Shown: positions 1 to 8,995 of the stretch, piece after piece
Numbering within the stretch: position 1 is the first letter of the stretch
Layout: every line of letters begins with the position of its first letter
Assembly: GCA_021800165.1 (NCBI GenBank)
Contig: JAJYZF010000010.1
Coordinates: 2,194 to 66,193, forward strand
Source: Planctomycetota bacterium
Lineage (GTDB): Bacteria; Planctomycetota; Phycisphaerae; WQYP01
Direction: 5' to 3'
Length of the DNA: 64,000 nucleotides
The notes under the pieces: generated by a model
The model's input: only the letters and a program-made list of their open reading frames with translations
Databases searched by the model: none
Told to the model about the DNA's origin: nothing
Translations under genes and position numbers: made by a program

Positions 1-111
1 CCACAGGGTGGCGAAATATTGCCCGGCCAGCGCGAGGCGAGTATGGATGTGGTGAGGGGGGCCTACGAGGTGGCGAAGGAAATAAAGGAGTTCACAGGCC
101 ATGGTGAATGA
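1..111 (+). CDS. 3' end of a gene entering the window, probably the C-terminal domain of a preceding RHS cassette
   Basis: Frame +1 open from base 1 (PQGGEILPGQ...KEFTGHGE*), stop TGA 109-111 overlaps start of 101..1246; toxin identity inferred from context only. Confidence 0.45.
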   Translation, partial: PQGGEILPGQREASMDVVRGAYEVAKEIKEFTGHGE

Positions 112-1246
112 GCCTCTTCGGCCGCCGCCTTTGCCGGCCCGGGCCGTCTGCCTGGCGGCATTGGTCACCGCCTGCGCCGTCCCATTTTGCAAGGGCGCGA
201 GTCGCGCCACCAGCCTCCCGGAGCGACTACGGCTCGAGCGATACGCCCGCGTGGCGGGTTTGGTTGTCCTCCAAGCGAGGCCGAGCCACCCCCTGATGGT
301 CATGCGAGATGGCGTGGTGGGCCGCCTCGACCTTAAGACGATGAGGGTCCTGCACGGGGTGGGCACGGCGTACAGCAACGTCGTTTTAAGGCACCCAGGG
401 CATCGGCCACGGACGGTGAAAATTTTTTGCACGCACCCAGCGTTCTCCCCCAGCGGACGAGATTTTGTTGTGCTTGTTTCTGTGGGCCACCAACCGGTAT
501 CGCCGATGGAGCTAAAGCTCCGGACGGCGTGGCAGGTGTGGTCCGTGGCGAGGGGCCGGGCGATCGGAACGCTGAGGGGCCAACTGGTTCCACCTCGCGG
601 GCCGGGGCGCCTGGTTTACACCGACGGCGGTAAAAAACTGGCCGGGTTTGGCGGGGGCAGCCTTTATTTCCTGAATCCGCGTTTGGCGGCCAGGCCGAGG
701 CTGGCGGGGGCTTGGGGAGCCGAGTCATTCCACGTAGTGGGGCTGCGGGCGGAGCCGCGCGGACCCTACCTGTTGGCCAAGTGTGCCCGGCCTGGGCGGG
801 CCGAGGTTTGGGACTCGCGCGACCAACGCAGGGTCGTGATAATTCCGCCGCCTCCCCATGCGTCGTGGAGCCCTTACCCGCCTTGGCATGCCGTAATAAG
901 AGCCAACAGAGTGGCCATTGCCTGGGGCCACCATCTGGCGATCTACCGCGCCAGTACAGGCCTCCAGCTTGCCAGCCTGCGCCTGGGGGGCACCTGTGGC
1001 CGCCTCGCCTTGGCAGCTAGCGGAGGGCGTGCGGCGGTGCTGGTCCGCGCGAACGCCACGTGCGCAAAACTGGAGGTTTTTAATGCCTCAGCGGGTCTGA
1101 CTCGCTGCGCCGAGAGCGATCCGGTACCCGTTGGGCACGTCGCGAGCGTGCGGCTGGCGTGGTGGGGGGCGAATCGAGTCGTGGCCTGCGCCCATGGGTG
1201 GATCAGGATTTGGCGCGTCGCTGGCCGGGCGGCGCGCGACCATTGA
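101..1246 (+). CDS. Exported Arg-rich hypothetical protein with beta-propeller-like repeats; candidate immunity/partner gene
   Basis: AAGGAG RBS upstream; hydrophobic N-terminus with Cys; WD40-like strands (AEVWDSRD, AIYRASTG, GWIRIWRV); occupies the partner slot of the array. Confidence 0.6.
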   Translation: MVNEPLRPPPLPARAVCLAALVTACAVPFCKGASRATSLPERLRLERYARVAGLVVLQARPSHPLMVMRDGVVGRLDLKTMRVLHGVGTAYSNVVLRHPGHRPRTVKIFCTHPAFSPSGRDFVVLVSVGHQPVSPMELKLRTAWQVWSVARGRAIGTLRGQLVPPRGPGRLVYTDGGKKLAGFGGGSLYFLNPRLAARPRLAGAWGAESFHVVGLRAEPRGPYLLAKCARPGRAEVWDSRDQRRVVIIPPPPHASWSPYPPWHAVIRANRVAIAWGHHLAIYRASTGLQLASLRLGGTCGRLALAASGGRAAVLVRANATCAKLEVFNASAGLTRCAESDPVPVGHVASVRLAWWGANRVVACAHGWIRIWRVAGRAARDH

Positions 1247-1278
1247 GGCCCCCGCCCGGCCAAACTGGGCCTGCGGAG

Positions 1279-1377
1279 GTAACAGCTTAACCCTTGCCAA
1301 CAGCCTAAGCCTTGCGCATGGGCGTGGGGATACATGGCGAGCGAGAGTGCACGGATAAGCGTTGGCGGTGGCGTGAT
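1279..1377. repeat. Inter-cassette spacer repeat A, copy 1
   Basis: GTAACAGCTTA.CCCTTGC...ATAAGCGT.GGCGG.GG.GTGAT homologous to 5450-5530; both lie just after a partner gene stop codon. Confidence 0.75.
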
Positions 1378-1487
1378 CCGACAAAGCCGCTGCCGCCGGC
1401 GACCCGCACGCGAGGCAGGAATTGGCGAGGTTGAATGCTTTGGCTCCGGCACCGGAGAAAAAGAAATAGCAGGCCGACGCGCGGCGG

Positions 1488-1644
1488 GTGCGGTATCATA
1501 ATAGTCCGCAGTGGTTGAAGCCGGCACCGGGAACGGCGATAATAGGTGGCGTATGGTAATGGTCGTTGAAGAATTGAGGAGCCGAGGAGGACGCCCCGCG
1601 GGGCGGAATCGCGTCGCAGCACCAGGCATCCCGGCTGGCACCAC
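1488..1644 (+). repeat. RHS cassette leader, copy 1 (-10-like boxes + MVMVVEELRSRGGRPAGRNRVAAPGIPA)
   Basis: Colinear with 5939-6095 at a constant offset of 4451; CATAAT 1497-1502, GATAAT 1538-1543, ATG 1553. Confidence 0.85.
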
Positions 1645-2848
1645 CAAATACCTCTATTATTCCAGCCAATGGCAGGTGGTGGAGGAACGCTGGAACGGCA
1701 CGGCCGCGAGTAATGTGCAATACCAGTACGTGTGGAGTGCGGCCTATGTGAACGGCACGGTGCTTCGCGATACCTATCTCGCCGGGGCGGTGCAGCCCGA
1801 TCTGCGGCTCTACACCGCCACCGACGCAAATTACAATGTCACGGCCTTGGTGGGGTACGACCCCGCTACGCAGACTTGGGGCGTGGTGGAGCGGTTTGTT
1901 TATTCGCCGTATGGAACGGTGACGGTGCTATCGCCCGCCTGGACCGTGCAGGCGGATGCGTTCAACTGGCAATATCTATACCAAGGCGGCCGGCAGGACG
2001 CAGCCACCGGCTTGTACCTGTTCCAGCACCGCAACTACAGCCCATCGCTGGGCACATGGACCTCGCAGGATCCATTGCAATATATCAACGGTGCGAACAC
2101 GTATCAGTTTGTGATGGGCAATCCGGTTGGGCGAACCGACCTGTGGGGCGATTTCTGGGGCCTAATGAATTTGATGCAGTACGACGCGCCAGACCCCGCG
2201 AAATTCCTGCCAATCGCCGGGGCGAATTTCCGCATCAACGTCATGGGCAGCAGCAGGAACTCGGTGCACGCCAACATAACGCTCAATCTTCCGGCCTCGG
2301 CGCACAACGGGGCGCTCAAATGCTCCAGGATCAAATTTGTCCAGTTCATCAAGGACGGCATAATATGGAAGACCCTTGGCGAACTTTCGGGGAGCACGAA
2401 TATTGGGGCACGGCCTTGGGAGGTCGACTCCAATTTCCCATTCAACTACCTGGTGGTCGCGAGCATCGGCTCTGGACAGATGTGGCCGTTCTACCCCTAC
2501 CAAACGGTGTGGCACGGTTTGCGGCCGAGTGAAAACAGTGCCTTCATGCACGACACCCCGTCGGCCTCCGGGTGGCTCAGCACTCCGCAGCAGCGCCGCT
2601 TCGAGGCACGCGACGTGGCCATTGTTGACGGTGGCGTTGACGACGGTAGGTACGTGGGCGCAATATATTGGGGCTTTTACATGGATTGGACTGGACGCAC
2701 CTACGAGCGGGTCTGGTGGGGCATGCCACGGCACGTCGCGTCGGGCCCCACGTGGGGTAACATTCTGGCAAACCCCTGGAATAACGGCCCCGCTCCTTGG
2801 CGGTCGCCTCCAGTCGTCCGCGGGCAGGCGGTGCCGCCGCAGGAATGA
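1511..2848 (+). CDS. Orphan RHS-associated core + C-terminal domain (cassette 1)
   Basis: YSPYG, YQGGRQDAATGLYLFQHRNYSPSLGTWTSQDP, NPVGRTDLWG core motifs then a unique ~230 aa C-terminal domain; start may be ATG 1553. Confidence 0.9.
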   Translation: MVEAGTGNGDNRWRMVMVVEELRSRGGRPAGRNRVAAPGIPAGTTKYLYYSSQWQVVEERWNGTAASNVQYQYVWSAAYVNGTVLRDTYLAGAVQPDLRLYTATDANYNVTALVGYDPATQTWGVVERFVYSPYGTVTVLSPAWTVQADAFNWQYLYQGGRQDAATGLYLFQHRNYSPSLGTWTSQDPLQYINGANTYQFVMGNPVGRTDLWGDFWGLMNLMQYDAPDPAKFLPIAGANFRINVMGSSRNSVHANITLNLPASAHNGALKCSRIKFVQFIKDGIIWKTLGELSGSTNIGARPWEVDSNFPFNYLVVASIGSGQMWPFYPYQTVWHGLRPSENSAFMHDTPSASGWLSTPQQRRFEARDVAIVDGGVDDGRYVGAIYWGFYMDWTGRTYERVWWGMPRHVASGPTWGNILANPWNNGPAPWRSPPVVRGQAVPPQE

Positions 2849-2985
2849 AGCGACGGCGCTGAAGCGCCCCGCGGGCGGGCTCGCTGCCCACCTCCGACCT
2901 CCAGCCGCCGCGCTGGGGCCTTCCGGCGGCCACCTGCCAGGCCGGGTTCGGTATCGGTTGAGTCGGAATCGGAGAATATAGGCTG

Positions 2986-3621
2986 ATGCACTGGCTACGG
3001 AAATTCCGGGTGTTCGCGCCCGCGTGTTCGATCGCCATCTTGGTAGGAATCATGGTGGCGCTGCTCCCGCGGGTGCCATCCTCAACGCCATCGGTGACCA
3101 AGGGCACGTTGCGGATCCTGCAGTCGGCATTGGCGCAGTTAAGGCACCGGACGGGCCGGAGGCCGGCCAGCATGTGGCGGTTTTTAAGGGACTACCAGTC
3201 GATGTACGCATACCGCCGCGTGGGCAGATTTGGCTCGGCGTGGCGACAGCGCCCCAACTTGGTAACGAAGCTAACATCCTCCCTGGTCGTGGCGGGGCGT
3301 CTCCCCTCCCCGGACGGGACGAACGACCTACCCGGCGTGGTGGAAGTGCTTGATACGTACGGCTACCCAATTCAGTACATGCCGCCGAGATCAGCGGGTC
3401 CTCCGACCGTATATCCTTACCGGGGTGAACGGCTGCCGTCGTGGGTCCGTAAATCCCGGCCCACCCTTGTGTACGTGCCGAACGGTGCCACCACAGCGAT
3501 GCCGCCCCAATATTCTCATACGCCATACTTTTACAGCTTCGGCCCCGGTGGGCCGCAAGCGCCTGGAACTGTCGGAGGTGCGGCAGGCTATGTTCGCAGC
3601 CGCGAAGGCTCGAACAAGTGA
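2986..3621 (+). CDS. Membrane-anchored partner protein with GspG/pseudopilin C-domain-like motifs
   Basis: GGAG upstream; N-terminal TM; LQSALAQL...TGRRP, LDTYGYPIQY, YFYSFGPGG. Confidence 0.6.
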   Translation: MHWLRKFRVFAPACSIAILVGIMVALLPRVPSSTPSVTKGTLRILQSALAQLRHRTGRRPASMWRFLRDYQSMYAYRRVGRFGSAWRQRPNLVTKLTSSLVVAGRLPSPDGTNDLPGVVEVLDTYGYPIQYMPPRSAGPPTVYPYRGERLPSWVRKSRPTLVYVPNGATTAMPPQYSHTPYFYSFGPGGPQAPGTVGGAAGYVRSREGSNK

Positions 3622-3796
3622 AATGGTCGTAGCGTGGTTTGTGCCAAGGAAAGCCCGTGAAGGGAGAAGGCGATCTGGGCCAGCCGATGCATGCGGCGCG
3701 GACCTTCCAAGGAGGCCCCCCCAGGAGTTCCCAACGGTTGCAGCAGCGAGCTTTAATAGTTGATGGGATGCCGAGCGGGTCTATAATGGGCGTACT

Positions 3797-4744
3797 ATGG
3801 TAGCGTTGAATGAATCAATATCGGCGTCCGGGCCGCGTAGACCATCGCGGTGCTATCGCGTCACAGCGAGTTACCCCCAAGGTGGCAATGGTGTTGCGGC
3901 GGGCACCGTGCAATACACCTACTACGATTCGCAGTGGCAGGCCATCGAAACCCGCACCAACGGCACCGCCGCATCCAATGTAACATCGCAAACCGTCTGG
4001 TCCGCTGCATATATCAATGCCCCGATCCTGCAGGACACCTACAACGCCGGTGTGATCCAGCCGAACAGTCGCCTTTACTTCACGCAAGACGCCAATTGGG
4101 ATACGACCGCCGTAGTCGGTTATAACGCCACCACCGGCACCTGGCAGGTCGTTCAGCGCTATGTCTACAGTCCGTATGGCACGATAACGATATTGAATGC
4201 GGATTGGTCGGCAACGCCGACTGGGACGGCCCCCATCGTGAACAATCTCTATCAAGGCATGACGCTCGATCCCGTAACCGGCCTCTACTACGAACGCGCC
4301 CGCTGGTATTCGCCGAGTCTTGGCACATGGATTAGCCAGGATCCACTTTCCTACATCAACGGCGCGAACACGTATCAGTTTGTAATGAGCAACCCGGTGG
4401 GAGGGGTGGACCCCTCGGGCCGTGTGACGGGCAAAGACGTGCTGACGTGGATGACCGCCACCTACCACGAGGTGCCGGGCGGCGGCGAGTGGGTCGACGC
4501 CGCAGGAATAATTTCCCGAACCCTCAGGCCCTGGATTTACAAGACGGCGCAGAATCGGGCGATCCACGATATGGATCGCTGCCCTGCGAAGGGTACCAAG
4601 GACGACCCGTACTACCACGGCCTCATGAACATGGCACAGGGCCAACCTCTCACGACTACGGAGCACGATGCCCTCCAGCGGCGGCTAAATACGGCCTATC
4701 CGTTCTGGGACGTATTCTGGATGCATGTGTTCGACCTTTTTTAG
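3797..4744 (+). CDS. Orphan RHS-associated core + short C-terminal domain (cassette 2)
   Basis: YSPYG, GLYYERARWYSPSLGTWISQDP, NPVGGVDPSG; TATAAT 3782-3787 upstream of ATG 3797. Confidence 0.9.
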   Translation: MVALNESISASGPRRPSRCYRVTASYPQGGNGVAAGTVQYTYYDSQWQAIETRTNGTAASNVTSQTVWSAAYINAPILQDTYNAGVIQPNSRLYFTQDANWDTTAVVGYNATTGTWQVVQRYVYSPYGTITILNADWSATPTGTAPIVNNLYQGMTLDPVTGLYYERARWYSPSLGTWISQDPLSYINGANTYQFVMSNPVGGVDPSGRVTGKDVLTWMTATYHEVPGGGEWVDAAGIISRTLRPWIYKTAQNRAIHDMDRCPAKGTKDDPYYHGLMNMAQGQPLTTTEHDALQRRLNTAYPFWDVFWMHVFDLF

Positions 4745-4796
4745 CTGCGGGCGGTGGCGGGGCGGTTTTGTTGCGGTTATGTATAGGCTGTTGAGA

Positions 4797-5411
4797 ATGA
4801 AATTCCTCTGGGTCATGCTTTCGGCCTTTGTCGCGGTCGCGGCCGTCGTCGCCGCCCTGGTGATCGGTGGGGAGGCAGGGCGGCGTGCGGAGCGCCTCCA
4901 TCTCAATATGGAAAGGAACCCAACGGCGGGTCTTCCCGGGTCCGCGCCGTTCCACGGCAGGCTTCGGCCCGGGAGCTATTACGGTGTTTTTTCCGGCGGG
5001 CGCGTTGCCATCATCGTCGGGAAGAATGGGGCGCTCGACGTCACCGGGGACTTTTCTGGCGAGAATAAAAACCTTGGTATGCACGCATTTCTGTTCCGGT
5101 TTCGGCGGTCGGGCGAGTTCGGCGTTCCATTACTCTCGGTGACCACCCGGTGGACGCAGATGGCCGGGCCGCGTCGGAACCGTCTGTACCAGTGGGGGGA
5201 CATCGGCGTTTGCGGCAGGCCCAGCTTCGAGGCGGAGCGGAGGTCCCGGGGCGCGGTGTCGCGCAAGCGATGGTGGCTGCGAGGCCGTTGGGTGGAGGGC
5301 GCTGCGGTGCAGCCGCCTTTCTTGGTTTACAAGGGCCTCCGCTACCGCTACGTCCAGGGGTCGGGGCGTTGGCGATCCCAGCCTGGGCGATCGGGGCGGC
5401 CCGGAAAATGA
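4797..5411 (+). CDS. Signal-anchored hypothetical partner/immunity candidate of cassette 2
   Basis: MKFLWVMLSAFVAVAAVVAALV hydrophobic N-terminus; directly downstream of cassette 2; start could be 4779. Confidence 0.6.
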   Translation: MKFLWVMLSAFVAVAAVVAALVIGGEAGRRAERLHLNMERNPTAGLPGSAPFHGRLRPGSYYGVFSGGRVAIIVGKNGALDVTGDFSGENKNLGMHAFLFRFRRSGEFGVPLLSVTTRWTQMAGPRRNRLYQWGDIGVCGRPSFEAERRSRGAVSRKRWWLRGRWVEGAAVQPPFLVYKGLRYRYVQGSGRWRSQPGRSGRPGK

Positions 5412-5449
5412 GGGGTGAAACGGGGGCGAAGCCCACGGGGAGCCAGAAT

Positions 5450-5530
5450 GTAACAGCTTAGCCCTTGCGCGTAGGCATTGAGATAAATGGCAAGTAAGGG
5501 TGCATGAATAAGCGTCGGCGGAGGGGTGAT
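5450..5530. repeat. Inter-cassette spacer repeat A, copy 2
   Basis: Homologous to 1279-1377. Confidence 0.75.
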
Positions 5531-5835
5531 TTGCGCATGTGGATGGCCGTGATAACCCGTTGACCAACGCGTAGCGACCCAGAGAATTATGAAGGGGCTA
5601 ATACGGATAATAAGCGATGATTTGGTGGTTATCCAGCGGCCGCGTAATATGGAATTATGGCGATATTTTTAATACCTTCGGTGCCGTTTGCCCGCCAATC
5701 GGCGGGAAAATCCAGCCTTGGGCGCAGCGGGGGTGCGGATGTCGGGGCCGTATCCTGTGCTTCGCATCTCCGCGAAGGTTCAAGCCGCTTTGCGGACTTG
5801 GATATCAACGATCGGCAGTCGCGCTTCGCCGAGAT

Positions 5836-5857
5836 CAGGTGAGAGTTGAACAGGCGA
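5836..5857. repeat. Spacer repeat B, copy 1 (CAGGTGAGAGTTGAACAGGCGA)
   Basis: 22 bp identical to 8996-9017 with weaker flanking similarity. Confidence 0.8.
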
Positions 5858-5938
5858 TCAATAGAGCGCAAGGACTTATGCGTGGTTCGGTGGACTCCGT
5901 TGCGTGCGATCTGGATTTGAACGTTTGGCCTATCTCTG

Positions 5939-6095
5939 GTGCGGTATTATAATCGTCCGCAGCTGTTGGAGCCGGCACCGGGAACGGCGATAATGAGCGG
6001 CGTATGGTAACGGTCGTTGAAGAATTCAGGAGCCGAGGAGGACGCCCCGCGGGGCGGAATCGTGTGGCCGCGCCGGGCATTCCTGCCGACACGAC
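5939..6095 (+). repeat. RHS cassette leader, copy 2
   Basis: Homologous to 1488-1644; TATAAT 5948-5953, GATAAT 5989-5994, ATG 6004. Confidence 0.85.
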
Positions 6096-7473
6096 GAATT
6101 ACACCTATTACGATTCGCAGTGGCAGGCCATCGAAACCCGCACCAACGGCACCGCCAGTAGCGACGTAACCTCGCAAACCGTTTGGTCCGCGGCCTGTCC
6201 CGGCGCTGCGGCGCTCACTCGGCCTCCGGCCTCGACGGGATTTCGCGGGGTTGAGCCCGGTGGTGTTGTGGGCAGCGGCCCACACCCGCTCAATATCAAC
6301 GCGGCGGTACTGCAAGACAGCTATTACAACGGTGTGCTGCAGGCAAATCAACGCCTGTACTTCACGCAAGACGCCAATTGGGATACCACCGCCGTAATTG
6401 GCTATAACAGCACGACGCAGACTTGGGGTGTCGTTCAGCGATACGTGTACTCCCCCTATGGCACCATCACCATTTTGAGCCCCGATTTCACCACCGCACC
6501 AACCGGCACGGCTCCCATCGTCAACAATCTCTATCAAGGCATGGCCCTCGATCCCGCCACCGGCCTTTACTACGAACGCGCCCGCGGGTACCGCACCGGC
6601 CAAGCTGGGTTGAGGCAGGAGCCGAAATCCCGATATACCGCAGGAGCGGTTCATCGGGAGATCAGCCAAGACCCATTGCAATACATCAACGGTGCTAATA
6701 CGTATCAGTTTGTGATGGGGGATTCGGTGGAGAATGTGGATCCGACGGGGCTGGCGGAAGCGTATGCCCCAAACTGGGGGGCTGGAGCTGGTCCGTTGAT
6801 CTTTAATTACGAGATGCTAAAAATTAGGGTATGCCCGAATGACCTCTCCAAGGCAATTTCACTCGCCCGGCAGGAAATCGGTGATTTCGGTGAATTCAAC
6901 CAAGGGAACGCCTTTAATGTGGAATTTGTCATGTCCCATCTGCCGCAGGTTTACGCAAGCTTCGGCATCAACAGTTGGCTTCAGTGGGCGCTGAATGTCG
7001 CGGCGGGCAACAACTGGCGGGCACCTGTAGCCCTGATATGGCACTACGCCCCGACCTACCTTGAGGCGGTGACCCAGAATCAGCACCCCTTGGTTGGAAT
7101 TCGCCGGTGGTACGTGATGCCATATTCAAGCGGCGCGTTCCTCGTCCTCACCGAGGCGTACGAGCGTGGTCGTGGCCCGATAAACGCGGCAGCCTTGGCC
7201 AATGAGCTGCCATTGCCGCCGGGGCAAACCAGCCTAAAGGAAACCACCGAGGCTCTCTGGGACAAGGAGCCCGGCAATGTCGCCCAGAGCGTGAAACAGG
7301 ATTTCGGACCGGGAGTGAGTTGGGGCAAGTTCCTCAACCACTGGAAGCCGCTGTCCGGCCTGAGGAACCTCAATAACAACCCTTGGATTAATTCCCTGCC
7401 GCCGTCCGAGGGGCCCGGGGCGGTACCGCCGCCGCCCCCACTGTCGCCAGTTTTCCCACCGGGGCTTCCGTGA
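6004..7473 (+). CDS. Orphan RHS-associated core (two in-frame insertions) + C-terminal domain (cassette 3)
   Basis: Core closely similar to cassette 2 at nucleotide level; ends VDPTGL followed by a unique domain with a Pro-rich tail. Confidence 0.88.
   Translation: MVTVVEEFRSRGGRPAGRNRVAAPGIPADTTNYTYYDSQWQAIETRTNGTASSDVTSQTVWSAACPGAAALTRPPASTGFRGVEPGGVVGSGPHPLNINAAVLQDSYYNGVLQANQRLYFTQDANWDTTAVIGYNSTTQTWGVVQRYVYSPYGTITILSPDFTTAPTGTAPIVNNLYQGMALDPATGLYYERARGYRTGQAGLRQEPKSRYTAGAVHREISQDPLQYINGANTYQFVMGDSVENVDPTGLAEAYAPNWGAGAGPLIFNYEMLKIRVCPNDLSKAISLARQEIGDFGEFNQGNAFNVEFVMSHLPQVYASFGINSWLQWALNVAAGNNWRAPVALIWHYAPTYLEAVTQNQHPLVGIRRWYVMPYSSGAFLVLTEAYERGRGPINAAALANELPLPPGQTSLKETTEALWDKEPGNVAQSVKQDFGPGVSWGKFLNHWKPLSGLRNLNNNPWINSLPPSEGPGAVPPPPPLSPVFPPGLP
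6197..6292. mobile_element. 96-bp palindromic in-frame insertion (REP/MITE-like) in RHS core
   Basis: Splits the TAT codon of WSAAYIN; contains TTGAGC...GCTCAA and GTGGGC-AGCG-GCCCAC inverted repeats. Confidence 0.7.
6614..6659. mobile_element. GCCGAAATCCCGAT...CATCGGGA repeat unit within RHS core
   Basis: Same family as units at 9310-10530; net +16 codons relative to cassette 2. Confidence 0.75.
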
Positions 7474-7483
7474 GGATGTTTAA

Positions 7484-8896
7484 ATGAGGAGGCTCCCCCC
7501 ATCCGAGGCGGCGCTGTGGTGGCTCGTCGTGGCCACCTCGGTTGGCCTCTTTGCCGCCACGGTCGTACCCGTCCTCCTGTATCTCGGCGCAATTGCCAAC
7601 CCGGCCGTGAGTGGGCTTTTTGCGGTGGCCGAAGGCGCTGCCACGCTGGGGGCGTCGCCCGTAGGAACTTTCCTTCTGCTGGGGACCGCTCTGGTGTGTT
7701 ACACCTCGAGCATCAGCGTCGGCTCGCCGCCCGATTTGATAAGATCGCGGCGCACGCGAGGAGGTGGTGTCCGGTTGGTGGTTCTGGCCGTGCTGCTGCG
7801 GCTGGCGGTTGCGCCCTTTATCGGATTTGGCGGTGCCTACGCTTTTTTGGTTTTCATTCCCTTGGGCGTGCTGGGCATCTGGTTAACTCTTTCGGCCGTC
7901 GTCCTCGCAGCCCGCGGGCTGGTGCGGTGGAGGCGGACATGGGACACCGTCCGTGACGGCGTGGGTTGCGGACCGGGATCGTTCGGCAAACGCCATGTGG
8001 GCTTTGGGGCCGGGTTTTGGCTCGAATCTGCAGTGGCGTGCCTCTGGCTCGTGGCCGCAGCCCACGCCGTTGCAGATCGGCTCGGGGCGGCGGTGCCGTC
8101 GCCTCGCGTCTACGGTTGGGGCGGCGACGCGGGGACGTGTGCTTGGAACAGCGCAATCACTTTTCTGCTGCCCCGCGGGGCGTCTGCCGTTCTTGCAAGC
8201 GGTGCCATATTGATGCTACGGGCTCTGCGGGTGCCGCGAACAAGCGGGGTGGGTCCTGTAGGTGCCCGCCTGCGTTTTTCCCTCATGATGGGCGTTGGGG
8301 TAGCTGCAATACTGGCGTTTTGCGACGTGTTTTACCAAGTGAACGTGAGCTACACACCAGCGTGGATGGCGTGGCGGCTGTGGCTGCTTTGGGAGTTTTA
8401 CACCATTGGAGCGGTGGCATTCCCGGTTTCGTCGGTGGTTGTGCTGCGGGATACCACGGCCGCCGCGCGGTGGATTGGCCGCGGTCTGCCGGCGCAGATG
8501 CATGCTGAGGGTAGCAGGCGGTTGGCCAGTGTACATTTCTGGTCCGCATGCACTTTGGGTATTTATGGGGGGTGGGTTGCCCACGGTGGTGCCTCCCGGC
8601 CCACGGATGAGGCTTTAAGGAAACAGGGAACTTGCTGCTGGCAGTGGGCCGTAATGTGCGTGCTCCTTGTGTTGTGTTTTTTTGGTGTGGTCGGTGGTTT
8701 CTGCGTTGCCATTTGCCTGCTCGCCGCCGCGTTAGTTCCGCCGAGTGGTATCGGCGTGGCGCTGGGCGCGTACGAGACCATCGTCGCCATCGCCTACCTT
8801 TGGATTTTTATAGGGTATTCCGTTCGGGCGTACCGACGGGTACTTGCCGGGGGTGAGCCGGCCTACCCAATGGCCAGGGGTTTCAGGCTGTTTTAG
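7484..8896 (+). CDS. Polytopic membrane protein, partner of cassette 3
   Basis: Many hydrophobic segments; GAGGA RBS overlapping the cassette 3 stop. Confidence 0.65.
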   Translation: MRRLPPSEAALWWLVVATSVGLFAATVVPVLLYLGAIANPAVSGLFAVAEGAATLGASPVGTFLLLGTALVCYTSSISVGSPPDLIRSRRTRGGGVRLVVLAVLLRLAVAPFIGFGGAYAFLVFIPLGVLGIWLTLSAVVLAARGLVRWRRTWDTVRDGVGCGPGSFGKRHVGFGAGFWLESAVACLWLVAAAHAVADRLGAAVPSPRVYGWGGDAGTCAWNSAITFLLPRGASAVLASGAILMLRALRVPRTSGVGPVGARLRFSLMMGVGVAAILAFCDVFYQVNVSYTPAWMAWRLWLLWEFYTIGAVAFPVSSVVVLRDTTAAARWIGRGLPAQMHAEGSRRLASVHFWSACTLGIYGGWVAHGGASRPTDEALRKQGTCCWQWAVMCVLLVLCFFGVVGGFCVAICLLAAALVPPSGIGVALGAYETIVAIAYLWIFIGYSVRAYRRVLAGGEPAYPMARGFRLF

Positions 8897-8995
8897 GCAC
8901 GCGCGTTGGCGAAGCGGCCGTCCAAAAAAATAGTGACAGGCTACCTATTAAAAGGAATCCCATAATCGCCAACCAGGCGACGACCTCGCCAGAAG

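Noticed and set aside
3797..6750. Diversity-generating retroelement TR/VR pair
   Set aside because: No reverse transcriptase in the window; differences between cores are not adenine-specific and look largely synonymous
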